From an uncultured bacterium (GTDB lineage Bacteria; Planctomycetota; SZUA-567; JAKLDR01): 64,000 nt of DNA. Of the stretch, positions 36,208-44,487 are shown piece by piece. Below the pieces are notes generated by a model. The model made no database searches. It saw only the letters and a program-made list of their open reading frames with translations, and was not told where the DNA came from. Numbering within the stretch: position 1 is the first letter of the stretch; every line of letters begins with the position of its first letter. The translations under genes and the position numbers were made by a program. The DNA lies in contig CBDUSI010000005.1 of assembly GCA_965370045.1 (NCBI GenBank), forward strand, positions 4,984-68,983, given 5' to 3'.

Positions 36208-37910
36208 TTCGCGCCCCCGGCCTTCAGGTGCTTCTCGAGAATGGCCTTGAGCGCCGCCTCCGGCTTGTAGCCCACGATGGTCTCGGCCTTCTTGCCGTCC
36301 TTGAAGACTATCAGGGTGGGCAGGCCGCGGACCCCGAACTTCTTCATGAGCGGCTTGTTCTTGTCGGAGTCCACGCCCACGAAGGCGATCTTGCCCTGGT
36401 ACGCGGCGGAGAGCTTGTTGAGCGTGGGGGTCAGCTTGTGGCACCAGCCGCACCAGTCGGCGTGGAAGTCGACCAGCACCAGCCCCTTGGCGTTGGTGAC
36501 CATCTTCTCGAAATCGGCGTCCTTGGTGGCGTCCGGGAACGTCTTCTTGGGCTTTCCGGGCGCCTTCTGGACCGCCACCTTGCGCGTGCCGGCCAGGTGC
36601 TCATCGATGAACTTCTTGAAGGCGGCCTCGTCCTGGAAGCCGGCCAGCACCTCGAGCTTCTTGCCGTCCTTGTAGACCACCATGCTCGGCGCCTTGCGAA
36701 GCTTCAACCCCCTGATGGTCTTGATGTTGGCCCGGGACTCGGCCTCGTACATGGCCACCTTGCCCTTGTACTCCTTGGCCAGCTTGTCAAAGATCGGGGC
36801 CTGGCGCGCGCAGTCCCTGCTGCGAACCGTGTAGAAGATCACCAGCACCCAACCCTTGGCTCCCTCGACCTTCTTCTTGAAGTCGCCCTCGCCCTTGAGA
36901 GCGGTCGCGTTGGCCCACTTGTGGGCCTTGGGCTTGACCTTGGCCTTGGAACCCGTGGGAACCTTGAAGGCCTTACCGTCCTTCTTCCACCACTCCTCCC
37001 ACTTGGGCTTGTTCGCGCCGAAGTCCTTCTTGGTGAGCCGCTCCAACGCGCTGCGCGCGCGCTTGCGGACGCGGTAGTCCTTGTCGGCCAACGCGGCGAT
37101 CAGCCCGGGGACCGCGTCCTTGTGGCGCGAGCGGTCCAGTTGGATGACCGTCGCCCGCCGAACGCGGGCGTCCTTGTCCTGCATGGCCGCGATCAACTCG
37201 GAGACGTACTTGCCCTCGCCGTACTTGCCCAGGGCCCGGACCGCGCGGGAGCGGTCCACGGGCTTCTCGCTCTTGAGCAGCACCTTGAAGAACTCGAAGG
37301 CCTCCTTGCCGCCCAGGCTGGCCAGCGCGTAGGCCGCGTAATAGCGGACTTCGGGGTCCTTGTCATCCTTGACCGCCTTGGCCAGGGACTCCTTGGCGCC
37401 CTCGTCGCCGATCTCGCCCAGGGCGCGGGCCGCTTTCCAGCGGGTATTGGCGCTCTTGTCGCTCAGCGCCCCCCGCAGGGCGACAGCGCCCAGCTTGTCC
37501 CTCAAGAGACCGATGGCCACGATGGCCAGACGGCGCTGCTCGGGCTTGCCGGCCTTGACCACCTCGATCAACGCCGGGGTGGCCAGGTCGCCCATGTCCT
37601 TGAGCCCCTGCCAGGCCTCCTCACGCTCCACATCGACAGTGCTGGCCCAGCGGCGCAGCAGGCGCTTGACCTTGACCACCGACTCCTTGCTGGCCGTCAC
37701 TTTCTCCGGCGGGTCGGCCTTGGGAGGCTTCTTCGAGGTCGGCCCCTTCTTGGGCGTATCCCCACTCTTTGCGTCCGGCTTGGTCTTGGGCTTCACCTTG
37801 GGCTTGGCGGCCGGCTTGGCTTTGGGCTCGGGACCGGTCTGGTTCGGTCCGCAGCCGGCCAACAGGGCCAGGACGCAGAGCAGTTTGGTCGCGCGGCTGA
37901 TCAATTTCAT
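36204..37910 (-). CDS. Lipoprotein fusing HEAT repeats to two thioredoxin-fold domains (second has WCGWC)
   Basis: Strong RBS GGAGGAG. Lipobox LALLAGC. K/P-rich linker. HEAT/PBS-lyase repeats (RWKAARALGEIGDEGAKESL, DPEVRYYAAYALASLGG, ARVRRATVIQLDR). Trx 1 lacks CxxC. Trx 2 reads VLVDFHADWCGWCHKLTP...GLPTLIVFKDGK. Confidence 0.75.
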   Translation of the reverse strand: MKLISRATKLLCVLALLAGCGPNQTGPEPKAKPAAKPKVKPKTKPDAKSGDTPKKGPTSKKPPKADPPEKVTASKESVVKVKRLLRRWASTVDVEREEAWQGLKDMGDLATPALIEVVKAGKPEQRRLAIVAIGLLRDKLGAVALRGALSDKSANTRWKAARALGEIGDEGAKESLAKAVKDDKDPEVRYYAAYALASLGGKEAFEFFKVLLKSEKPVDRSRAVRALGKYGEGKYVSELIAAMQDKDARVRRATVIQLDRSRHKDAVPGLIAALADKDYRVRKRARSALERLTKKDFGANKPKWEEWWKKDGKAFKVPTGSKAKVKPKAHKWANATALKGEGDFKKKVEGAKGWVLVIFYTVRSRDCARQAPIFDKLAKEYKGKVAMYEAESRANIKTIRGLKLRKAPSMVVYKDGKKLEVLAGFQDEAAFKKFIDEHLAGTRKVAVQKAPGKPKKTFPDATKDADFEKMVTNAKGLVLVDFHADWCGWCHKLTPTLNKLSAAYQGKIAFVGVDSDKNKPLMKKFGVRGLPTLIVFKDGKKAETIVGYKPEAALKAILEKHLKAGGAK

Positions 37911-38175
37911 CGGTACTCCTCCAGGGGGCTGGTGTTCCCCGGTATCAAGCGCGGATTCTATGCCTTTCTCGGAGGCTTATCAAGGACAACGAAGCATGGA
38001 GCATGAGGGGATTAAACACCTGAGCAGGCTGGAGGTACAGCGTTTTTTGGAGTCGTTCCGGTCCCCTAACCCACCCGCTTAGAAGGCTTCCCGATGCGAC
38101 TCCCGGCCGGCAGCCGGGAAAACCAGCTTGCGGGAGAGACGCCAGCGGTGACAATCCCACCGGCCGGAGAATGGA

Positions 38176-40042
38176 ATGAGCAAACCTGCGCCGGAAGTTG
38201 AGCCCATGGAAGCTGAACCAGCGGTCCGCGCTGGCCGGACCGCCGCCGTCATCGGCAGGATACTGCACTACCTGGGCCTCCTCAGCCTCCCGCTGACGCT
38301 CGGCGCGGTGCTGGGGTTCTACGCCGCGGACCGCGGCACCCGCTGGCTGCCGGACATGCTGGGCATCGTCCTGGCGGTGCTGGTCTTCGGCCTGCTGGCC
38401 ATCCCCGCCGGGCGCCTGCTGGAGAAGCGCGCTCTCAAGGAAGCCTCCGGGAAGGCGAAGTTCCGCCGGCGGGTCGTCGCCTGCCTGCTCCTGGCCGCCC
38501 TGGCCATCGCCGCGCGCCTGGTGGTGTTCTGGATGGAGCAGCCCAGCCCGCTCACGGAGCTCTCCGGGCCGCAGTTCAATCGGGCCTTCGAGATAGACGC
38601 GCAGCGCTATCGCGAGTACGACCGCGGCCTGGAAAGGGCCGTCTCCTTCCTGGAAAAGAAGACCGGCTTTTTCGATGAAGCCAAGCCCGCCGTGCTCACT
38701 CCCGACCAGGAGCGCGTCCTGCTCGACACCTGGGCGACAATCCACGACTACGCCTTCTCGCTGGACCAGATTCGCATGTTCTACGAGGACTGGTATCGCT
38801 TTCGACCCCTCGCGGGCCGAACGCGACCGACACCTGCGAAGCTTCCTGCTGACCTTCGCCGCCGAGATGGCCCTCTACGAGAAGAGCTCCCGGCTGGTCG
38901 CGCTGATCTCCCGCAACAAGAACGCCGTCAAGTTCCTGGACGCCCCGCACCCGGGCCGGCGGCTGGCCGCCGACTCCTTCAGCCGCTTCCGGCAGGAACT
39001 CCAGGGACATCGGGACCTCGCCAGGGTGGTGGCCGGCAGGAACTACCTCCTGTGGCTGGAGAAGGGCCTGGGCGCCAGGGACGAGGCGCAAGGGACCGGC
39101 TGCGCATGGCTCTGGAAGCGCGTCGAGATACACCTGGCCGCCATCGACGCCCTCTCCGGAACCGGGCTGGCCGCCACCAGCGCGGGCAGTGATCTTCAAG
39201 AGCTCAAGCGCACCGTCCGACGCACCTGGTTCCCGGCCCAGAGCGCGGTGGCCGAGTGGATGGGGGACGTCCGCGTCCGCCGCATCGGGGTGTACCTGAT
39301 CACCGGGGAACAGTTGGAGAAGATGGCCGGGAAGCTCCAGCCCGGGGACGTCATGCTCGGCCGCAAGAACTGGTACCTGAGCAACGTGGGCCTGCCGGGC
39401 TTCTGGCCGCACGCCATCCTCTACGTGGGCACGCCCGAGGAGTTCGACGCCTACTTCGACGTTCCCGAGGTCAGGGCTTATGTCAGGAAACTCTCCGGGA
39501 AGGACATGACCCTGGGTGATTACATCGAGAGCCGCTTCCCCGCCGCGCACCGCGAGCACCGGCGGGTCGAGGGCGGGCGGCCCCGCCGGGTGATCGAGGC
39601 GATCAGCGAGGGCGTGGTGGCCAACACCTTGGAGGCCGCCGCCGGGGACTACCTGGCGGTGCTCCGCCCGCGGCTCGACAAGCTGGCCAAGGCCCAGGCG
39701 ATGATCGAGGCCTTCGGCCACATGGGCAAGCCCTACGACTTCGACTTCGACTTCGCCACCGACCACGCCCTGGTCTGTACCGAGCTGGTCTGGCGCAGCT
39801 ACCGGCCGGCCGAGGGCAAGAAGGGCCTGACCTTCCCCCTGGTGGACGTCGCCGGCAGAAAGACGCTCCCCGCCAACGAGATGGCCAAGCTCTTCACGGC
39901 CAGGCACGGCAAGGCTGACGCCCAGATGGACTTCGTCTACTTCCTGAAGGGTTTGGAAGAAGAGCGCGAGGCCGTCGTCTCCACCGAGGAGGCCTTCCTG
40001 GAGACCCACAAGCTCTCCAAGTGGAGCTTCCGCCTGAAATGA
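38176..40042 (+). pseudogene. Membrane-anchored YiiX/YaeF-type permuted papain-like (NlpC/P60 superfamily, C92) protein split by a +1 frameshift near 38800-38812
   Basis: ORF 38176..39192 is sensible up to ...DQIRMFYEDWYRF and then turns to Arg/Pro junk. ORF 38675..40042 is junk until ...FDPSRAERDRHLRSFLLTFAAEM. The two readable parts abut at tggtatcgctttcgacccctcg. The C-terminal domain has GDVMLGRKNWYLSN..WPHAILYVG..VIEAISEGV..GKPYDFDFDF..LVCTELVWRSY (His before Cys, i.e. permuted). Confidence 0.7.
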
Positions 40043-40048
40043 AGCGGA

Positions 40049-40077
40049 GCCCGTCGGCGCTTCGAGCGCCGGCGGGC
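40049..40077. terminator. Strong GC hairpin between convergent genes
   Basis: gcccgtcggcgct-tcg-agcgccggcgggc: a 13-bp stem (one G-U) with a 3-nt loop, 7 nt after the plus-strand stop and 25 nt after the minus-strand stop. No U-tract. Confidence 0.4.
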
Positions 40078-40101
40078 CCCGCGTGATTCCCGAAGGTTCG
40101 G

Positions 40102-40755
40102 TTACGACCTGGTGACGCTGCTCACCTTGGCGGCGTCAGCCGCGGCCTTGGCGGCGGCCGCCTTGGCCTTCCTCGCGGCGTGGACCTTGACCGTCTTGGG
40201 CAGGGCCCTCAGGGTCGCGGTCAGCACTTGGGTGCTGGGCCCAAAGAGCCGGCCCATCACGTCGCCCTCGGGCGCCAGGAAGACCATCGTGGGGTAAGTA
40301 ACCGCGCCGTACTTACTGGCGATCTCCAGGTGCTCCTTGAGGGTCTTCCAGTAGGCCTCGCGCAGGGCCTTGACCTCGTCGGCGCTGGCGCCCGGGGCGG
40401 CCTTGGGCGGCACGGGACGCAGCACTCGCGCGGTAACCGCGCCGGACTTGCCCAGGGCGTCGCGCAGCTTCCTGGTGTTGAAGACCGTCGGTCCCTTGAG
40501 ATTCTTCATAGTAAAGACGACCACCAACGGCTTCTTCGATCTCTTGGCGTTCGCCAGCCCGGCTTCCAGGGAGTTCCACTTCATGGGCGGGAGCGGCTTG
40601 GAGGGCCTGCGATGCCTGCGAGGCCTGCGATGCTTCACCCGCGTACCCGACCCCGGGTAGACAGGAACCCCCGCCAGTGCGGTCCGGCCCATGCCCAGCA
40701 GCATTATCCCTGCCAGAGCCGCGCCGAAAGTAAGCCTCCCCATAGTCTGCTTCAT
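40102..40755 (-). CDS. Secreted thioredoxin-fold protein lacking a CxxC motif
   Basis: RBS GAGGAGAG. Signal peptide MKQTMGRLTFGAALAGIMLLGMGRTALA. KPLVVVFTMKNLKGP...YPTMVFLAPEGDVMGRL resembles thioredoxin_7/DUF255-like folds. Confidence 0.5.
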   Translation of the reverse strand: MKQTMGRLTFGAALAGIMLLGMGRTALAGVPVYPGSGTRVKHRRPRRHRRPSKPLPPMKWNSLEAGLANAKRSKKPLVVVFTMKNLKGPTVFNTRKLRDALGKSGAVTARVLRPVPPKAAPGASADEVKALREAYWKTLKEHLEIASKYGAVTYPTMVFLAPEGDVMGRLFGPSTQVLTATLRALPKTVKVHAARKAKAAAAKAAADAAKVSSVTRS

Positions 40756-40900
40756 GCCGTTTCTCTCCTCATTTGCTTGGGAGCGGCCCTATCCCCGCAT
40801 CGCACACTCCGTCCATGTCTACTGGACGGGATGTCTCACGTGTGCATTAGAATGTTTCGGGTGAAACCGGCCCGCGCAGCTCCATTGCCCCAGCAGAGAA

Positions 40901-40941
40901 GGCCCGCCGGAGACACGGTCTCCGACGGGCCCGGTTTGTTT
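40901..40941. terminator. Bidirectional-looking intrinsic terminator downstream of the ECF sigma gene
   Basis: ggcccgccggagac-acg-gtctccgacgggcc (14-bp stem, one mismatch), flanked by AGAGAA upstream and cggTTTGTTT downstream on the plus strand. Confidence 0.45.
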
Positions 40942-41128
40942 GGCGTCTGCCGGCCTCCGGTCGTCCAGCCTGACCTCCCGGGGGTAGAAGGGGACAAAAG
41001 GAGATCAGCTTTCCGGTTAGGGCCGTTCCACGGCCGCGACCGGCAGCGCCCGGCCGAACCTTACCCGCCAGGCGAGGGGCGAGAGGTTCGGAGCGTGAGG
41101 TTCGTGCTTCTCTCTGAGAGTCTCCTCC

Positions 41129-41764
41129 CTAGGGCAAACCCGGCAGCCGGCCCTTGAGCTTCTTCTTGAGCAGCGCCCGGACCCGGCTGAGCTTCTCTCC
41201 CACCGCGGTGACGCTCATTCCCAGCATCTCGGCGATCTCGCGGTAGGAGTAGTTCTCCAGATGCTTGAGTACCACTATCTCCCGGTAGTCCTCCCTCAGT
41301 TCGGCCAGCGCCGAGAGGATGGCGTCCTCCATCCCCTCGCCCGGCCGGACCGGCGGCGCGGAGGGTTCGGCACCGCGCTCGGCCAGCTTGTCGAGGTTGA
41401 CCTCGCTTCGGCGCGCGCGCAGCCAGTCGGCGGCGGTGTGGGTCGCGATGGTCCGCAGCCAGCCGGCGAAGCGGGCCGGTTCGCGCAGCTCGCCGAGCGC
41501 CGCGTAGGCCTTGATGAAACACTCCTGGGCGAGGTCCTCGGCGACCTCCCGCCGGCGGACCGACGCGTAGACAGAAGCCATGACCACGCTGCGGTAGCGT
41601 TCGACCAGCCGACCATAGGCTTCCCTGTCTCCCCGCCGAGCGGCTTTCACCAGAGCGACCAGCTCGGACCTGTCCGCCGGATCCGCCAAGGAGCCTCTCC
41701 GCACGGGTCGAGGCCCGCCATTAAAGGCGATCTCGCCGCGTGAGCTATTAGCCGAAAAACGCAT
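41129..41764 (-). CDS. ECF-type RNA polymerase sigma factor
   Basis: Region 2: GDREAYGRLVERYRSVVMASVYASVRRREVAEDLAQECFIKAYAAL...FAGWLRTIATHTAADWLR. Region 4: LREDYREIVVLKHLENYSYREIAEMLGMSVTAVGEKLSRVRALLKKKL. The true start may be an internal TTG/GTG about 20-25 codons in. No adjacent anti-sigma gene is evident. Confidence 0.85.
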   Translation of the reverse strand: MRFSANSSRGEIAFNGGPRPVRRGSLADPADRSELVALVKAARRGDREAYGRLVERYRSVVMASVYASVRRREVAEDLAQECFIKAYAALGELREPARFAGWLRTIATHTAADWLRARRSEVNLDKLAERGAEPSAPPVRPGEGMEDAILSALAELREDYREIVVLKHLENYSYREIAEMLGMSVTAVGEKLSRVRALLKKKLKGRLPGLP

Positions 41765-41991
41765 GCTCTACCCCAGAGTCTGACGCCCCGCCCCCCCGAG
41801 GCGTGACCGAAAGAATCGCGGGAATGACACCTGTGCGCAGCGAGAAACCGGGCCAAACTGAAGGACTGGAGGCTAAGCCCCAAGAGACAGCTACTTAGAG
41901 AGCTCCGACGAGCCGGGTTTCAGGGGTGGTTTGGCGAAAGGAATCAGACGGGATTCCCGAAACGCCCGCCCGGTCCCCTTCGCACTTTCGC

Positions 41992-42020
41992 TTGCCGGCC
42001 TCCCGCCCTGCCGTTATCAT
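41992..42020 (+). promoter_or_regulatory. Candidate sigma-70-like promoter for the 42053 operon
   Basis: TTGCCG, a 17-nt spacer, then TATCAT, ending 33 nt upstream of the ATG at 42053. Eye match only. Confidence 0.3.
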
Positions 42021-42052
42021 GCGCCGCAGGCAGATTCTTCGGAGAGACGCAA

Positions 42053-42817
42053 ATGGCCATAGCCCGCTCGCGAATCAGGCAGAAGCAGAAGCAGAAGCAA
42101 AAGGGGGAACAGGCGGCCGCCGCCGAGCGCAAGCCCCGCAACCCCTATGTGGTCCTCGTCATGTTGGTCGCGCTGGTCGGCGTAGTGCTGGTCATCGGGG
42201 CCTTCGTTTACTATATGATTGAGCGCCGGAAACGCGCCGAGCAGGTCAAAATCATCCGCGGCATGACACTGCTCGATCAGCTCGACGACATCGCCTGCGA
42301 TTACTACTACACCGGCAAGGACAAGAAGAACGACGGCCACCTGCCCGATGCGGCCTGGGCGCCCTTCAAGGAGCACGCCAAGGCCGGCGACCTCTTCGAC
42401 GCGGTCATCACCGTGTCGGAGGGCGCCAAGGACCCCACCGCGGACGCCTGCTTCTACAAGGAAGGCAAGGCCGCCGGAGGAGAAGCCCTCAGGGTCACCA
42501 TGGGAAGGCCCCGGTACGAGGGTAAGCCCGGTCCTCAACCCAACCCGAAGAGGGCCCAGGTGCAGATAGTCAACGGCAGCGTGGTCATCGGGACCAAGAG
42601 CAAGCGCGTCATCTTCTTCCGCCGGCCGATACTCCATCCCCTGCACGGGACCAAGATGTGGTTCGGACAGGCGGTGATCATCCTCTACCGCGACGTGGAC
42701 AGCCCCGAGCCGGAGAATCTCGAGCCTCCCGAGGTCAAGCCGCTGCCGGAGCCGGAGAAGAAGAAAGATCCGGAGAAGAAGGCCGAGCCCAAGGCGGAGA
42801 ACGCCAAGAAGGACTAG
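42053..42817 (+). CDS. Single-pass membrane protein of unknown function
   Basis: Basic N-tail RIRQKQKQKQK. TM helix VVLVMLVALVGVVLVIGAFVYYMI. About 150-aa extracytoplasmic region. P/E/K-rich tail PEPEKKKDPEKKAEPKAENAKKD. Confidence 0.55.
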   Translation: MAIARSRIRQKQKQKQKGEQAAAAERKPRNPYVVLVMLVALVGVVLVIGAFVYYMIERRKRAEQVKIIRGMTLLDQLDDIACDYYYTGKDKKNDGHLPDAAWAPFKEHAKAGDLFDAVITVSEGAKDPTADACFYKEGKAAGGEALRVTMGRPRYEGKPGPQPNPKRAQVQIVNGSVVIGTKSKRVIFFRRPILHPLHGTKMWFGQAVIILYRDVDSPEPENLEPPEVKPLPEPEKKKDPEKKAEPKAENAKKD

Positions 42818-42825
42818 CCCCGCCA

Positions 42826-43206
42826 ATGTCAGAGGTCGAAGCCAACATCTCTCTCTCCGAGCAAGAGGGCCTGCTCAGCGCCGGGGGCAACCTCAACTGG
42901 CGCACCGAAGAGGAGTTCCAGGCCGCCTGCCGCCGACTGCTGGAGTCGGACCGCGAGAAGCTGGTCGTTGACTTCGGCGAGGTCCGGGGCATCTCCAGCG
43001 CCAACCTGTCCTTCCTGGTCAACCTCCACCACTGGGCCATTGAGCGCGGCAAGCAGTTGGTCCTGCGTGTGAGCTCCGAGATGGCCAGGCTTTTCGACCG
43101 CACCCGCCTCGAAGACCTGGTGGGAATGAAGATCGTGAAGGCGGGACCGGGCGAGGGACGGCCCTCCGCGCCCGAGGGCCCCATGAGAAGCGCAACGGAG
43201 GAGTGA
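42826..43206 (+). CDS. STAS domain protein (SpoIIAA-like anti-sigma-factor antagonist fold)
   Basis: Start at Met57 of the track ORF. KLVVDFGEVRGISSANLSFLVNLHHWAIERGKQLVLRVSSEMARLF matches the STAS pattern, including the conserved Ser context (ISS). Confidence 0.7.
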   Translation: MSEVEANISLSEQEGLLSAGGNLNWRTEEEFQAACRRLLESDREKLVVDFGEVRGISSANLSFLVNLHHWAIERGKQLVLRVSSEMARLFDRTRLEDLVGMKIVKAGPGEGRPSAPEGPMRSATEE

Positions 43207-43207
43207 A

Positions 43208-43672
43208 ATGGATCTATGGTGGGCGTACTTGCTTCTGGGCCTGGCCGCCGGGATCTCCGGGGCCGCCCTGGGAATAGGCGGCGGGGTGGTAATGGTCCCG
43301 GCGCTGGTGGCCCTCTTCAGCTACGACCAGAAGGTGGCCCAGGGCACCAGCATGGGCGCGATAATCGCCATCTCCATCGTTGGGTTCTACCGGTACTGGG
43401 CGGAGCCCGACATCAAGATCGACCTCGTGCCCGTGGCCTTCATGTTCGTTGCCGCCGCGGTCGGGGCCTACCTCGGCGTCAAGATCGCCGCCGCTTTGCC
43501 CAAGCAGACGCTGCAGAAGATATTCGCTATCGTGCTGGTCGTGGCGGCGGTGCGCCTGTTCTTGAAATCGATGGGGGGGAAGAAGGACACCCCCTCCCCG
43601 GCGGTCGCCACCGCGCCCGCCGGAACCGAAACGGGCCCGCCCCAGACATCCGGGGAAGAGAAGCCGGAGTGA
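43208..43672 (+). CDS. Half-size (4-TM) TauE/SafE (DUF81) family anion permease
   Basis: LLLGLAAGISGAALGIGGGVVMVPALVALF plus AQGTSMGAIIAISIVGF are the DUF81 signature helices. Only about 120 aa of membrane core (4 helices) instead of the usual 7-8 TM. Confidence 0.7.
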   Translation: MDLWWAYLLLGLAAGISGAALGIGGGVVMVPALVALFSYDQKVAQGTSMGAIIAISIVGFYRYWAEPDIKIDLVPVAFMFVAAAVGAYLGVKIAAALPKQTLQKIFAIVLVVAAVRLFLKSMGGKKDTPSPAVATAPAGTETGPPQTSGEEKPE

Positions 43673-44475
43673 AGATACTCCTCGCCGAGCGCGAGATCGA
43701 GGTAGAGCCCGGCACCACGCTCTTCGCCCTGCGAGACCGCCTGAAGCCCGACGCCGACGTGGTGATTTTCAACGGCGCGCCGGCGTCCGCGGACCGCGAG
43801 CTCGCCGAGGGCGACAGCGCCGTCTTCATCAGGCGCGGCGAGGCCCCCAGCGAGAAGGAACTCGAGGCGCTGATGGCCGCCCGGCACACCCCGGGGGTAC
43901 ACGCACGGGTCAAGCGCGCGACGGTGGGAGTGGCCGGGCTCGGCGGGCTGGGCTCGGCGGCCGCCATTGCCCTCACCCGCCTGGGCGTGGGGCGGCTGGT
44001 GCTGGCCGACTTCGACGTGGTCGAGCCTTCCAACCTGAATCGCCAGCAGTACTTCGTCGAGCAGATCGGCAGTCTCAAGGCCGAGGCGCTGCGCGCCAAC
44101 CTGACGCGGATAAACCCCTACGTCAAGCTGACGACCCACTCAGTGCGCCTGACGCCCGGGAACGTCCCCGAGGTTTTTGGCGACGTCGACGTCCTGGTCG
44201 AGGCTTTTGACGCTGCCGATCAGAAAGCCATGCTCATGGAGAGCTTCGCGGCGGCATACCCCGAGAGGCCCCTGGTCATGGCCTCGGGGCTGGCCGGTCA
44301 CGGGCCCGGCGGGGACATTGGCGTGAGGAAGCTGGGCCGCTGCATCTACGTGGTGGGCGACCTCGAAAGCGCCGCCGAGCCCGGCCGCGGGCTGATGGCC
44401 CCGCGCGTGGGGATCGCCGCGCACATGCAAGCCAACCTGGTCCTGCGCCTGCTGCTGGGTGAAGAACCTGGCTAA
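43669..44475 (+). CDS. ThiS-like beta-grasp domain fused to a minimal ThiF/E1-type adenylyltransferase (thiF family-2-like)
   Basis: GTG start overlaps the upstream stop (GTGA). N-domain: VKILLAEREIEVEPGTTLFALRDRLKPDADVVIFNGAPASADRELAEGDSAVFIRRGE (ThiS/MoaD-like, no terminal GG). E1 core: VGVAGLGGLGSAAAIALTRLGVGRLVLADFDVVEPSNLNRQ. No rhodanese or CxxC zinc module. Confidence 0.75.
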   Translation: MKILLAEREIEVEPGTTLFALRDRLKPDADVVIFNGAPASADRELAEGDSAVFIRRGEAPSEKELEALMAARHTPGVHARVKRATVGVAGLGGLGSAAAIALTRLGVGRLVLADFDVVEPSNLNRQQYFVEQIGSLKAEALRANLTRINPYVKLTTHSVRLTPGNVPEVFGDVDVLVEAFDAADQKAMLMESFAAAYPERPLVMASGLAGHGPGGDIGVRKLGRCIYVVGDLESAAEPGRGLMAPRVGIAAHMQANLVLRLLLGEEPG

Positions 44476-44487
44476 GATGTACATCGC

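Noticed and set aside
41765-41800. A possible ECF-type promoter (GGTCAC-N17-CGTC) upstream of the second ECF sigma gene.
   Set aside because: The -35 match is poor, and the sigma start codon itself is uncertain, so the spacing to the gene cannot be evaluated.
42080-42103. Short tandem repeats that might hint at CRISPR or VNTR-type arrays: CAGAAG x3 at 42080-42103, GATAGG x3 at 52426-52444, and GCCTGCGA(T/G) x3 at 40605-40631.
   Set aside because: All are in-frame low-complexity coding repeats (KQKQKQK, PYPYPY, HRRPRRHRRP). They are only 18-27 nt long with no spacers, so they are not CRISPR arrays.
43669-44475. The ThiS-E1 fusion as a ubiquitin-like conjugation or anti-phage system (Bil/CBASS-Cap2-like).
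   Set aside because: No E2, JAB/DUB, CD-NTase or effector gene is adjacent. The E1 core is the minimal ThiF family-2 type, and the beta-grasp domain has no free di-glycine end. A sulfur-transfer or adenylation role fits better.
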